Below, piece after piece: positions 20,762 through 30,665 of a stretch of 64,000 nt of DNA (its first letter is position 1; each line of letters opens with the position of its first letter). A model generated the notes under the pieces. The model did no database searches. It saw only the letters and a list, made by a program, of their open reading frames with translations, and was not told where the DNA came from. The stretch comes from an uncultured Planctomycetaceae bacterium (GTDB lineage: Bacteria > Planctomycetota > Planctomycetia > Pirellulales > Pirellulaceae). The translations under genes were made by a program, and so were the position numbers. The stretch spans positions 2,181,586 through 2,245,585 of the forward strand of contig CAWJMN010000002.1 in assembly GCA_963844055.1 (NCBI GenBank), given 5' to 3'.

Positions 20762-22129
20762 ATGTCCAAATCCAATCGTCGACTACGCAATGTGTTTGTT
20801 GTTGTGGCGATGTGCTGGACTGCCGTTGCTTGTTTTACCATGGGGCGGGTCTATGTGGATCTGCGAGACAGCCTACGAGTCACGGCTAAACTCGATTCGC
20901 TACGAACTGCGGGGGTACCAGTCGATTACCAAATGCTAGATGTGTGGTATCGCAAGCGTACCGACCCCACAAACACCGAGGCTTGGTTAAAAGTATTGGA
21001 AACGTTGAACTCTCCCCAGTTCAAGGAACAATCTCAAGAAGTTGAGCGGTTTAGCGCAAAGTACACCTCTTCCAGTCGAACGCATGATCAGTGGCCCGGC
21101 GAAGCTTCAGTTCGAGACTTGCTCGCCCAAACAACGGAACTACGCGAGGAAATTCGACGTCTCTCAGAAGCACGCACCCCGGTCCAGTTTCCGACTCGGT
21201 TCACATCGATTTGGGCGGACTTAGAGCAATTGGGCTCGCTTCGGCGGGCCGCTAGGCTAATCGCCTTAGAGCTTGAGGCCGCAATCGTGGATCAAAATTC
21301 GGCTCAAATCGCTGCGTCTGCACAAACCCTTTTCAATCTATCCACGGTGTTTTGCGGGGAGGCGTTTATTATTCAGCGTTTTGTCGCTATTGCTGTTCGA
21401 GATTTGGCCTTTGAGGGCCTGAAAGAAGCGCTAGAACGGAATTTGCTGGATGCTGCAGAATTAGAGATGCTGGCACAAGGTATGTCGCAGGAGTCACCAC
21501 CGTTTAAAAACTTTTCCGACTGTGTCCATGGTGAACTTGGACTTGCACTTCCCCAATTTTTTATGCCGCTAGATATCTCGAAAAAGAATCCCCTAACGGG
21601 AACAAGGATGATGTATTTAGCAGCGTCTCAAGATACGCTTCGTTACGTCGAGTACATGGAAAAGTACCATGGCATTGATGGTAGCTCGATGGCAGACGCG
21701 CTGGAAAAACAAGAGACGTATGAATACCAATTAAAGAAGGAGATGCGGGCTGCCGGAGGATTGGGAATGCGAGAATGGTACGTTACAAGCGTTCTGCTTC
21801 CGAGTTGGCGGGAAGTTGTTGTAGCGATTTGCCGAGATTGTCAGTATAGGCACATGGTTTTGCATGGTGTTGCGATACGTCGCTATCAAAAGCAGTTTGG
21901 CGAATTCCCAAAGAACCTTGCCGCGCTAAAAAACGTTGGGTTTGATACCTACGAATTTCTGCCCGTTGGTGACAAGCCGATGGGGTATAAGCTAGAAGGA
22001 GACAACGTAGTACTCTGGTCGACTTCGCCAGCAAATGGAATGGAAACGATGGAGCAGCCCCCGGCTATCGACACTTTTCGTTCGCGAGATTTTGTCCAAG
22101 AGTACCTGATTTGGAAGATGGTGCCGTGA
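20762..22129 (+). CDS. hypothetical membrane-anchored protein, paralog 3
   Basis: MSKSNRRLRNVFVVVAMCWTAVA TM anchor. The C-terminus (LHGVAIRRYQKQFGEFPKNLAALKNVGF...IWKMVP) is conserved. Confidence 0.6.
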   Translation: MSKSNRRLRNVFVVVAMCWTAVACFTMGRVYVDLRDSLRVTAKLDSLRTAGVPVDYQMLDVWYRKRTDPTNTEAWLKVLETLNSPQFKEQSQEVERFSAKYTSSSRTHDQWPGEASVRDLLAQTTELREEIRRLSEARTPVQFPTRFTSIWADLEQLGSLRRAARLIALELEAAIVDQNSAQIAASAQTLFNLSTVFCGEAFIIQRFVAIAVRDLAFEGLKEALERNLLDAAELEMLAQGMSQESPPFKNFSDCVHGELGLALPQFFMPLDISKKNPLTGTRMMYLAASQDTLRYVEYMEKYHGIDGSSMADALEKQETYEYQLKKEMRAAGGLGMREWYVTSVLLPSWREVVVAICRDCQYRHMVLHGVAIRRYQKQFGEFPKNLAALKNVGFDTYEFLPVGDKPMGYKLEGDNVVLWSTSPANGMETMEQPPAIDTFRSRDFVQEYLIWKMVP

Positions 22130-22211
22130 CGTGCGTTGGTAAAACAGCAACGGACCGGCAAAAGGGCAACGTTCGTGCTTGTTTCTTCCGCCTTCGTGGC
22201 AACGATCTATT

Positions 22212-22249
22212 GGGCCATGAAAGGTCAATCGCTAGACGGGCGGCGCGAT
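22212..22249 (+). repeat. conserved 37-nt downstream motif (copy 2)
   Basis: GGGCCATGAAAGGTCAATCGCTAGACGGGCGGCGCGAT is followed by a perfect hairpin CTGTCCGGA-TTTA-TCCGGACAG. Confidence 0.5.
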
Positions 22250-22325
22250 AAAAGAGGGAGCGCCGAGGGCGCTGTCCGGATTTATCCGGACAGTTGTTAC
22301 AAGGGAGTGCCCGAACGCATGCCGA

Positions 22326-22700
22326 TTAATCAAGCTGGGCGGGGCTGAGGCCGACGTTGACGATGCTGCAAGCTTGAATCACGTTCAGCCCAAGCTTTTC
22401 GGCGGCCGCGACTACTTCGTCGCTTTCACTGCCGGGGTTCAGCCAAAGCTCGTTACAGCCACGGGCAGCGATCTCTGGCAAAACGTTCAGCAGAATCTTG
22501 GGAGGCAGATAAACGCTCACGCGATCTAACTGTCCGGCAGGAATTTCCGCGAGCGACGAATAGACTTCAAGACCCTCGATCTGCCCCCCTTTGGGATTGA
22601 TCGGATAAACCGTGAAGCCTTTTTGCAAATGGGCTCGGACCGATTTATTGCCGTACTTCGAGCGATCGGAACTGGCTCCTAGGATGGCGACGGTAGGCAT
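22326..22700 (-). CDS. CoA-binding domain protein (YccU-like)
   Basis: MPTVAILGASSDRSKYGNKSV...LPPKILLNVLPEIAARGCNELWLNPG. Start placed at the Met preceding VAILGAS. Confidence 0.6.
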   Translation of the reverse strand: MPTVAILGASSDRSKYGNKSVRAHLQKGFTVYPINPKGGQIEGLEVYSSLAEIPAGQLDRVSVYLPPKILLNVLPEIAARGCNELWLNPGSESDEVVAAAEKLGLNVIQACSIVNVGLSPAQLD

Positions 22701-22955
22701 GGCACAGGCTCTCTGCAAAGGAAATGGCGGACGGACTTTAGGTGAGATTATTCTGCCTGGCATTTTAGTGGATCAGACTGGTTTTCCCTAGCGGCAATCG
22801 TCGTTTTGCAGGGGCGTTAAGCAAAAATGCGTTTGTTAGGCCCTGCTGGCCGGAAGGGGTGGGTGTCTATAATGGAACTAGCCTTCAAGCTCGGTGGGTT
22901 TGTTGCTTGGGGCTGGCTCCTTTTGATGGAATAGGTCCGGCGCTGATGGCGCTGC

Positions 22956-24219
22956 ATGCTCATGTCGATTGCTGATACTTTGCCGCTAGACCCTTATCGC
23001 CTGCGGGCCGACTTTCCGATCCTTTCGCGAGAAGTGCATGAAGGTCGGCAGCTTGTCTATTTGGATAATGGCGCAACAACCCAACATCCGCGCAGCGTAA
23101 TCGATGCGCTCGTGGGAGTTTACGAAAAGCATTATGCGAACGTCCATCGTGGCATCCATACGCTGAGCGAAGAGAGCACCAGCCTGTATGAAGCGGCCCG
23201 CGAGGCGATTCAAAAGTTTATCCATGCGGCCAAGCTGGAAGAGATCGTCTTTACAAGTGGAACGACGGCCGGCGTGAACCTGGTTGCCCGAAGCTGGGGC
23301 GATGCGAACGTTCGCGCCGGGGATGAGATCTTACTGACGCTGATGGAGCACCATTCCAACATCGTTCCGTGGCAACAATTGGCCGAGCGAACCGGTTGCA
23401 CGATTCGATTTGTTCCGCTGACGACAGACTTGCAGCTGGACCTTGAGGCCTTTGAAAAATTGCTCTCGCCTAAGACCAAGCTGGTCGCCTTCACCGCGTG
23501 CAGCAATGTGTTGGGGGCTTATAACCCGGTTGAAAAGATGAATCGCTTGGCCCATGCGGCCGGAGCGCTAGTGCTGGTAGATGCGGCGCAGGCAGTGCCT
23601 CATGCCGAGCTGGACGTACAGAAGTGGGACGCCGATTTTGTCGTCTTCAGTGGGCACAAGATGCTAGGGCCTTCCGGCGTGGGAGTGTTGTATGGCAAAG
23701 AAGCACTGCTTGAGGCCATGCCGCCCTTCTTGGGAGGTGGCAGCATGATTCGTAGCGTCACGCTCAGGGGTTATGAAAACGCGATGCTTCCTGCGAAGTT
23801 TGAAGCAGGGACTCCGCCGATTGCGCCGGCCCTGGGAATGACAGCCGCGATTGAATACCTAACCGGTGTTGGCCTGGAGAACATTCATCGGCATGAGGCA
23901 CTGCTTGCCGAGCGCGATTCCGCTGCTAAAGAATGTGCCTGGGCTAACGCTGTTTACACCTCCGAGCGAAGCGGGGCATAGTGGGATTTTGTCGTTCGTG
24001 ATTGAAGGGCTGTCGTCACGTGACATTGCCGAGTATTTGGACATGCGAGGGATTGCGATCCGCGCAGGGCATCACTGCGCGATGCCGTTACATGAACGGC
24101 TTGGCGTTTCTACGACGTGTCGCGCGAGCTTCTACTTGTACAACACGCCCGAAGAGGTCGATCAATTAGCCGCAGCGCTGGTGAGTGCACAGCGGATCTT
24201 GTCGAAGCGGCGACGATAA
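22956..24219 (+). CDS. sufS: cysteine desulfurase SufS/CsdA family; apparent frameshift near 23915-23920
   Basis: PLP-lysine motif FSGHKMLGPSGVGVLYG is present. The C-terminal RAGHHCAMPLHERLGVSTTCRASFYLYNTPEEVDQL lies in the overlapping ORF 23866..24219. The junction reads ...LAER/AIPLLKNVPGL. Confidence 0.8.
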
Positions 24220-24239
24220 AATGTTCGCCGCGAGGAACG

Positions 24240-25211
24240 CTATTCTCTGATGATCACTTGCGCTGGTGGCGCAGCGGGGCGATTGACGATCGGCATAGCG
24301 ACGTCCGAAGGGCTGGTGGCCGCTTGGTCGGAAGCCTCGGTCGTATGGCCGGCTTGCAGGACTTTGCCTTCATCGCCCACGCTGGGCTTTTGAGGCTCAA
24401 ATGTTTCAGGAGCGCGGATCGCGCGGAAGTCGATCGCGCTGGAATAGGCGACGAGCGGATCAAGCGGATCTTTGTTCTTGGCCATTAGCCGCTGCGATGT
24501 GCCCAGCAGGTATCGCCGGCGTGCGCCACCGTTTTTGGTGTAGATATCGCCGCGCTGGAATGGCCCCATGCCAAATAGCCAAGACTCGCGGGACTTGCTG
24601 TTGCCGCTGGTGATGCCAGATTGCCAAACGCGTTCCATCGTCTCACGTTCATAGGCAAAGGCCGCCAATTTTGCAGCGCCCCATTGGTGGTTCTTTCTTC
24701 CCAGGGAGAATTCAGGAGCGGCAGCCGTTGTGATCGGCACGCCGGTCATCACTTGCGAGGCGGCAGAAAACGCGGCGATACCAGGAACGCCGTAGGTGGA
24801 TTCTGCACCGTCGGCGCCGAGGGCACCTAGGCGTGCTTCCAAGATGAACTCGGCATCTTCGGGCTTTTCCCGCAAACGCAAGTTGTAAGCGATCATCTGC
24901 TGACGCATCGAGCTGATAACGTACTCGACGTTGACATTCGATGGCGACTTTACCGAAGCAATGTATTTGGTGTCGAAGTAGACGTCGCGATCGGTAAGCG
25001 GACTAAAATCCATCCGGGCAATCGCTTGGTCGACGGCGTCGGTCACCAGAAGTTGTTCCGAAGCGAGGCGGAACTTTTGCACGCCGCAGCCACTAGCAAA
25101 TGCCATGAGGCATAGCCATCCACCCAGCCCCAAAAGAACCCGCAGCCGGCTTGAAGCGAGGCGCAGATTCTGGAGAGAGGATTTCACGAGATGGAGGTGC
25201 GAAGGAAACAT
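24240..25211 (-). CDS. hypothetical lipoprotein
   Basis: Signal peptide with lipobox (LMAFASGC). No recognisable domain. Confidence 0.45.
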   Translation of the reverse strand: MFPSHLHLVKSSLQNLRLASSRLRVLLGLGGWLCLMAFASGCGVQKFRLASEQLLVTDAVDQAIARMDFSPLTDRDVYFDTKYIASVKSPSNVNVEYVISSMRQQMIAYNLRLREKPEDAEFILEARLGALGADGAESTYGVPGIAAFSAASQVMTGVPITTAAAPEFSLGRKNHQWGAAKLAAFAYERETMERVWQSGITSGNSKSRESWLFGMGPFQRGDIYTKNGGARRRYLLGTSQRLMAKNKDPLDPLVAYSSAIDFRAIRAPETFEPQKPSVGDEGKVLQAGHTTEASDQAATSPSDVAMPIVNRPAAPPAQVIIRE

Positions 25212-25248
25212 GGCGTGGAAAAGGAAGTGCTTCTGGTGGAGGGACGGT

Positions 25249-25908
25249 TTAACGCATTTGATTCCAAATCTGCATGCCGATCAGTGCCAGAGCGGATGCA
25301 ACGGGTGCTTGCCACTCGCGATGCTTGGCCCATTGCGACCAAGAGAAACCTTCTGCCGATGGCAAAGCAAAGCGACAAGGAATGAAACGAGGCGTGGTCT
25401 TGATGTAGTCTTCCCACTCTTTTTCAAACATGGAGGACAGCCAAACTTCTTCTTGGCGAACCTTCAGCCAGTACATGAAAGCGAGCGGACCCAAGATGAC
25501 CCAGATGGTGTGGGCTTCTTGCATTAAGGCACAAAAGCCAAACATCATCAGGAAGGAACCGACATAAAGCGGATTGCGAACGAGTGCGTAAGGACCCGAA
25601 CGCGTAACGGTCTTTAGTTTGTGCAGCGTGCCAGCAGCCCAACTGCGAATTGTCACACCCAGCACGACCAAAACTTCCCCCAGTACGACAAGCGGATCGG
25701 AAAAGTTCAGCAGGTTTCGTGGCTTCACCTTGAACACAAACAGATCGAGCAGCACCAACGTGGTGAACAAGACCAAGCTGATGGCGATGCGGCGCTTCGT
25801 TAAGAAGTAGCCGATCCAGCTGAGCCAGGTTCCATCGTTGGTATACAGGTTGATCGGGGTGGCTGGTGTTGATCCAGAAACTTGTGAGGCCATCGCAGGG
25901 TCTTTCAT
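25249..25908 (-). CDS. membrane methyltransferase (isoprenylcysteine carboxyl / phospholipid methyltransferase family)
   Basis: Multi-TM protein with the RSGPYALVRNPLYVGSFLMMFG motif typical of ICMT/PEMT-family enzymes. Confidence 0.55.
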   Translation of the reverse strand: MKDPAMASQVSGSTPATPINLYTNDGTWLSWIGYFLTKRRIAISLVLFTTLVLLDLFVFKVKPRNLLNFSDPLVVLGEVLVVLGVTIRSWAAGTLHKLKTVTRSGPYALVRNPLYVGSFLMMFGFCALMQEAHTIWVILGPLAFMYWLKVRQEEVWLSSMFEKEWEDYIKTTPRFIPCRFALPSAEGFSWSQWAKHREWQAPVASALALIGMQIWNQMR

Positions 25909-26329
25909 ATAAATGCTCAGCTACAACAGCTGACTTGGAAGGCGGGGCAGCTTGGCAAGCGCCGACCGACCTTCATCAGGAGGACTTATAGGGTTTGTGG
26001 AAAAAATGGGCAATCGCAGTCCTGCGCCAAACGATTTTTGGCCGTATTCCGACCCTCTGCGGGAATGCGTTCGCACACGACGGCCAGGGGAAGAATGGCC
26101 CAGAAGTCGCCTTGGTCGGTCAGAGTTCGGCCGGCGGACGGCCAGGGCCCTAAAAGAGGCTTCCAGGAGGTGAAAATAGCGGTGGGATCGTCCGGTAAGG
26201 TGTGGTAAACTCATGCCACTCTTCCCAGATACCCAAGAGTGAAATCAGACTGCTGCTTTTTCCCGGACTGCGCATTCACCCCAGACTTCCTCAAAAGCCG
26301 GCCGTATTTCGTACCCTGAAGACTTCGCT

Positions 26330-27245
26330 ATGTCTCCCACCATCTTTCACAAGTTCTTGGCCGAGTTGCTGGGGACCTTTTTATTGGTTCTGTTTGGCTG
26401 CGGCGCGGTGCATGCCTCGGTGTTGGCGTCGGCTCCGCTGGGAAGTTGGCAGATTGGAATTGTGTGGGGCGTGGCGATCATGGCGATCGCGACGGTTTGC
26501 GGCGGGATCAGCGGCGCGCACTTGAACCCGGCGGTTACGCTGAGCGATGGCGCTATGGGGGCGGTTTCGCGGCAGCCACTTGCTGCCTTACATCTTTGCC
26601 CAATTCATCGGCGCATTCATGGCGGCGGTTACGTTGCACATGCTCTATGGCGGGTTGCTGCTGAAAAAGGATGCCGACCTGAACACGATGCGTGGTCAGC
26701 CGGGAAGCATTGTGACGGCCTCTTGTTATGGCCAGTACTTTCCTAGCCCCAGCACTTGGACACCAGGGGGAACGGCCAACGTTGTCAACTCGATGGGACA
26801 GCCGATTCGGATTGAGGTTGTTTCACAGCCGGTGGCCTTTTTGGCAGAGCTGCTTGGAACGGCGATCTTGGTGCTGGTGATCTTTGCGGTGACTGATCGA
26901 AAGAACCAGCATGCTCCGCCGAGCTGGATGGGGGCGGCCTATATCGGGCTAACGCTGGCGGCGCTAATCACTTTCCTTTCGCCGTTGACGCAGGCGGGCT
27001 TTAATCCGGCGCGGGACTTTTCGCCGCGATTGTTTGCCTACTTTGCGGGCTGGCGTGAAGTGGCGATGCCGGGCCCGAACGGAATTGGCTATATCACGGT
27101 CTATGTGATGGCCCCATTTTTGGGCGCGATTGTCGGGGGCGGGTTCTATGAGGCGATTTTTCGTCCCCTGTTAAGCGTGAAGCCCCGCGACATCGATCTT
27201 GATATGATCTTGCGCGATGGTCCCCGCGATGATGAGGATGAATAG
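26330..27245 (+). CDS. aquaporin/glycerol facilitator (MIP family); apparent frameshift near 26540-26550
   Basis: The first NPA box (GAHLNPAVTL) is in ORF 26330..26746. The continuation (MALWGRF...LPYIFAQFIGAF...) runs through a second half-repeat in ORF 26547..27245. Confidence 0.75.
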
Positions 27246-27346
27246 GGCTGTTAACTTTTGGCGAGGCATCTGTTGTGGTGAGCCTTGCCTGTTGCTGCGC
27301 TGGTTGCTTGTGACGTTCTTTCTTTTGTGCTTGGGAATTTGCCCGC

Positions 27347-27973
27347 ATGTATGACCTTCTGGTGTTTGATCTGGATGGGACGCTGAGCGATCCGCTGGAA
27401 GGAATTGGAAGGTCGATCAACTTTGCGCTGGAGCATTTTGGATATGCCACACACGAGCTAAGTTCGCTGGGGCGATTTGTAGGTCCGCCACTACTAGAAT
27501 CGTTTCGCGAATTGACCGGCGGTAGCGATGAGCAGGTGCAAAGGCTTGTCGAAAAGTATCGAGAGCGATATGCCGAAGTGGGCTACGCAGAAAATGTTTT
27601 GTACCCAGGGGTGAAAGAGGCCCTGACGGCCCTGGGCAACAGCAATGTGCCAATGGGCGTATGCACCGCGAAGCGAACGGACTTTGCCGAACAGATTTTG
27701 GAGATGTTCGAGATACGCCACCACTTTCGTTTTGTAGATGGTGGCGAGTCGGGAACGCCGAAATGGCAACAGATGGCGGGATTGCGAGCGAGTGGCAAAG
27801 TGAGCCCTGCTTCGCTAATGATTGGGGATCGTGCGTTTGACATGGTCGCGGCCCATCGCAGCGGGCTAACGGCGGCGGGGGTGCTGTGGGGCTATGGCTC
27901 GCCGGCGGAGTTGGCTCAGGAATCGCCGAAGTACATTCTGAATTCGCCCGGCGATTTATTGCGCTGGGCGTGA
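27347..27973 (+). CDS. HAD-superfamily hydrolase (phosphoglycolate phosphatase-like)
   Basis: Motif I LVFDLDGTLSD and a HAD core fold pattern. Confidence 0.65.
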   Translation: MYDLLVFDLDGTLSDPLEGIGRSINFALEHFGYATHELSSLGRFVGPPLLESFRELTGGSDEQVQRLVEKYRERYAEVGYAENVLYPGVKEALTALGNSNVPMGVCTAKRTDFAEQILEMFEIRHHFRFVDGGESGTPKWQQMAGLRASGKVSPASLMIGDRAFDMVAAHRSGLTAAGVLWGYGSPAELAQESPKYILNSPGDLLRWA

Positions 27974-28231
27974 GTACTTCTGGTCTGTTGGCCGCTTAAA
28001 CGGCGTCAAAACCGCGAAATGCCCGGGGAATGGCCGTGTTATTGCAGCGGCGAACGGCCCTGCGGGCTGGCTGGCACGGCCGGCGATGCGAAAAAATGAG
28101 CAGCGGACTGGCGATTTATTGTCACGTCATTTTTTCGCCTTTGGTCTGGAAACCGGGATTTTGATTCGCCAAAATGGGGACGTCTTTTTTCTTTACTATT
28201 CTGTTCGCTGCGTATTCGAAGGCGTGAAATC

Positions 28232-30472
28232 ATGAAACCTCAAGCAAGATCATGGCACTGGGTGATCGCCGCCGGGCTGGTGGCAATCTGCATGTTCGTT
28301 GTGCAACTCGGTTCGGCCACGGGGGCCGACAAGCTGCCCAAGTTCAAAAAAGGGGACAAGCTTGAAGTCGAGTTTTTGGGGAAGTGGATTCCTGCAGAGT
28401 TTGTCGAATACTTTCCAACGGGTTGGTTGACGGTGAAGCATGCCAACAATGTCAGTGGTGCACCGCCGATCCAACGGACCATTCCACCTGATAATTGTCG
28501 CGTTAGCAAAACGGCCAAACCAGCCGGTGGAAAATCGAGTTCGTCTAGCGCAAGCAGTTCGGAGCAAAAGGAGCGAACCTGGACCGACGTGACAGGCAAG
28601 CACAAGGTGGTAGCCAAGTTTAGCGCGGTCGCCGATGGCAAAGTGGTGTTGATCAAGGCCGACGGTAAAGAGGTGAAGATTCCACTGGATAAGCTTTCGG
28701 AAGCCGATCGTAAAATGGCGGACGAACTGGCCAAGGGGGGCGGTGACGACAATCCGTTTGAGTCGGCCGAAGAAGAGTCGATGCCCGAGAAAGAAGAAGT
28801 TACGAAGAAGAACCCCACCGATGGTGAGGACCCCGAAGGGATCACGCTGAAGACGCCTGATTGGACCGAAGGGGGCGCAATCACCGTTTTGGAAGGGACG
28901 CCCGAAATTCTGAAAGAAGATCCACAGCCTGCTGCCATGGGAACGTTGGCGAAGAAGGGGGCGGTACTTGCTGGTGGAAATCCCTCGGACGTTTTTGAAA
29001 ATGCGAAGGGGGTCTTTTTTGATCCGGCAACTTCTCGCTGTGTGATTGCCTACGTCGCGGAACGTCCTGGCCAATCGAAGACGATCGAGCTAGAAACGGT
29101 TGATCTGGTTGCGGGGAAGTCGCTGGGTAAGACGGCACTAAAAGGAAATGGAACGCCACGTTCGCTATCGCCATCGGGCAAGATGCTGATTTGTCGTTCG
29201 GATGCGTTGCATTCGGGAACGAAGGCTCGCGTCGATGTTTGGAGCTTGGATGGTTCGGAAGCGAAGAGTGTGATGAGCTTTAAGCCGCACGGCGATAAAG
29301 ACGTTCATCAACGCGACGTGAAAACGACGGCGTTCATTAACGACAAGATGTTTTATACGGTCGATCATCAAGGGCAGCTTACAACGTGGGATTTGGCCGG
29401 CGTAAAGGCGCTCTATTCGTTTGGTTTGGCCGGGTCTGGCGCTGATTCTGCTCCTGTGGCGGTTAGCGGAACAGGCAAGTACATGGCACTACTGACCAAG
29501 TCGGGCGTGTGTGTGGTTGATCCTGCGAATGGCACCATCTTGGCCAAGTACGAATGCCCGACGATCTTTGATGCACGGCTTTCGTTTAGCCCCGATGGCA
29601 AGTTCTTGGCGGTAGCAGCTGCTTATCAGCTGTTGGTGTGGGACATCACCACGGGCGTGCAAGTGCACGACATTTTTGTTCCTTCGGGCGTGGCCTCGAA
29701 TCTTTTGACGTCACCCGATGCTGCCATTGAATGGGTGGCCAACGGTTATGTCTTGCTGGGAGGCCGTTCGCTGGTGGACCTTAACAAGAAGATCTTGCTG
29801 TGGGATTATGCCCACACGGCCGAGGCGTTTGGCGCCTTTGGTGGTTATCACTGGTATGTTCAAAAGAGTGATGATCGCAGCAAGCGAGGGTTGTTCCACG
29901 TTACGCTGCCGCATGGTGGCGCATCGCAAGCGGCCGAGAAGCTTGATCCCGAAACGATGATGGTGATTAAGCCCGGCACGGAAATTGCGCTGAACATCAG
30001 TGCGGCCATGCCCGATGCGGATCGTCAAAAGGTGTTCAATGGGATGACGCAGCGCTTGACGGAAATGGGCATGCGTGTTGTTCCTCAAGCGAAGATCACG
30101 ATTGACGCGTTTTCTCAGCCGGGGACGCCGCGGCAAGTGAGCTATCGTTCGATCGGTGGTTTTGGCCGTAATCCCTTTGGCGGTGGCGATGGCACGTTTA
30201 CGGCCACGCCTGTCACGATGACGTTTGGGATTCGTGAAGGTGACACCGTTTTGTGGAAGACCAGCGTGACCCGCGATGTGCCGTTTGTGCTGCATACGGA
30301 CAACAACAAGACGATGCAACAAGCGGCCGATGAATCGGTACGGCCAACGCCTGAGTTCTACTTGGGCCAGCCGTTGCCTAAATTCATGGCCCGTCCCGGC
30401 AAGGCGAACGGTGCGTTTGGCAGCAGCAAGCTAACCAGCTCGGGCGTGGAACTGAGCGGGCCAGCGTTGTAG
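28232..30472 (+). CDS. secreted protein with SHD1 (SLA1-homology) domain and WD40/beta-propeller-like repeats
   Basis: Signal peptide. SHD1-like TWTDVTGKHKVVAKFSAVADGKVVLIKADGKEVKIPLDKLSEAD. Repeated ...VWS/TTWDLAG/VWDITTG motifs. Confidence 0.5.
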   Translation: MKPQARSWHWVIAAGLVAICMFVVQLGSATGADKLPKFKKGDKLEVEFLGKWIPAEFVEYFPTGWLTVKHANNVSGAPPIQRTIPPDNCRVSKTAKPAGGKSSSSSASSSEQKERTWTDVTGKHKVVAKFSAVADGKVVLIKADGKEVKIPLDKLSEADRKMADELAKGGGDDNPFESAEEESMPEKEEVTKKNPTDGEDPEGITLKTPDWTEGGAITVLEGTPEILKEDPQPAAMGTLAKKGAVLAGGNPSDVFENAKGVFFDPATSRCVIAYVAERPGQSKTIELETVDLVAGKSLGKTALKGNGTPRSLSPSGKMLICRSDALHSGTKARVDVWSLDGSEAKSVMSFKPHGDKDVHQRDVKTTAFINDKMFYTVDHQGQLTTWDLAGVKALYSFGLAGSGADSAPVAVSGTGKYMALLTKSGVCVVDPANGTILAKYECPTIFDARLSFSPDGKFLAVAAAYQLLVWDITTGVQVHDIFVPSGVASNLLTSPDAAIEWVANGYVLLGGRSLVDLNKKILLWDYAHTAEAFGAFGGYHWYVQKSDDRSKRGLFHVTLPHGGASQAAEKLDPETMMVIKPGTEIALNISAAMPDADRQKVFNGMTQRLTEMGMRVVPQAKITIDAFSQPGTPRQVSYRSIGGFGRNPFGGGDGTFTATPVTMTFGIREGDTVLWKTSVTRDVPFVLHTDNNKTMQQAADESVRPTPEFYLGQPLPKFMARPGKANGAFGSSKLTSSGVELSGPAL

Positions 30473-30505
30473 TTGACTGACGCGGATTGTTGAAACGCGA
30501 ATGTA

Positions 30506-30548
30506 AGAGAGCTCCCTTGGCCAATTGGCAGGGGAGCTTTTTTTGTGC
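30506..30548 (+). terminator. intrinsic terminator
   Basis: AGCTCCCTTGGCC-AATT-GGCAGGGGAGCT stem-loop immediately followed by TTTTTTTGTG. Confidence 0.6.
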
Positions 30549-30612
30549 GCGCTTCACGGAGAGTGGTCAGGGCTAGGCATTTGCGAGCGGTGGTTTTTTC
30601 GCAGCGAACAGG

Positions 30613-30665
30613 AGACCTCTGATGGCCTGCGGCCTCACTGGTTCAAGAACCGGTGCTACTCGATG
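30613..30665 (+). repeat. short hairpin repeat, family 'GACCTC..ATGGCCTGCGGCC.CAC-hairpin-GGTGCTAC'
   Basis: It is similar to 43289..43314, 46814..46867 and 47062..47114, with a central perfect hairpin (ACTGGTTCAAGAACCGGT here, CACCGGATCAAGATCCGGTG elsewhere). Confidence 0.5.

Noticed and set aside
30625-30660. tRNA-like T-arm or 3'-end (GGTTCAAGAACC / ...GGTGCTACCCA)
   Set aside because: The hairpin loops are 2-6 nt, not the 7-nt T-loop. There is no acceptor stem or CCA geometry and no anticodon arm could be built. No other tRNA or rRNA signatures were seen in the window.
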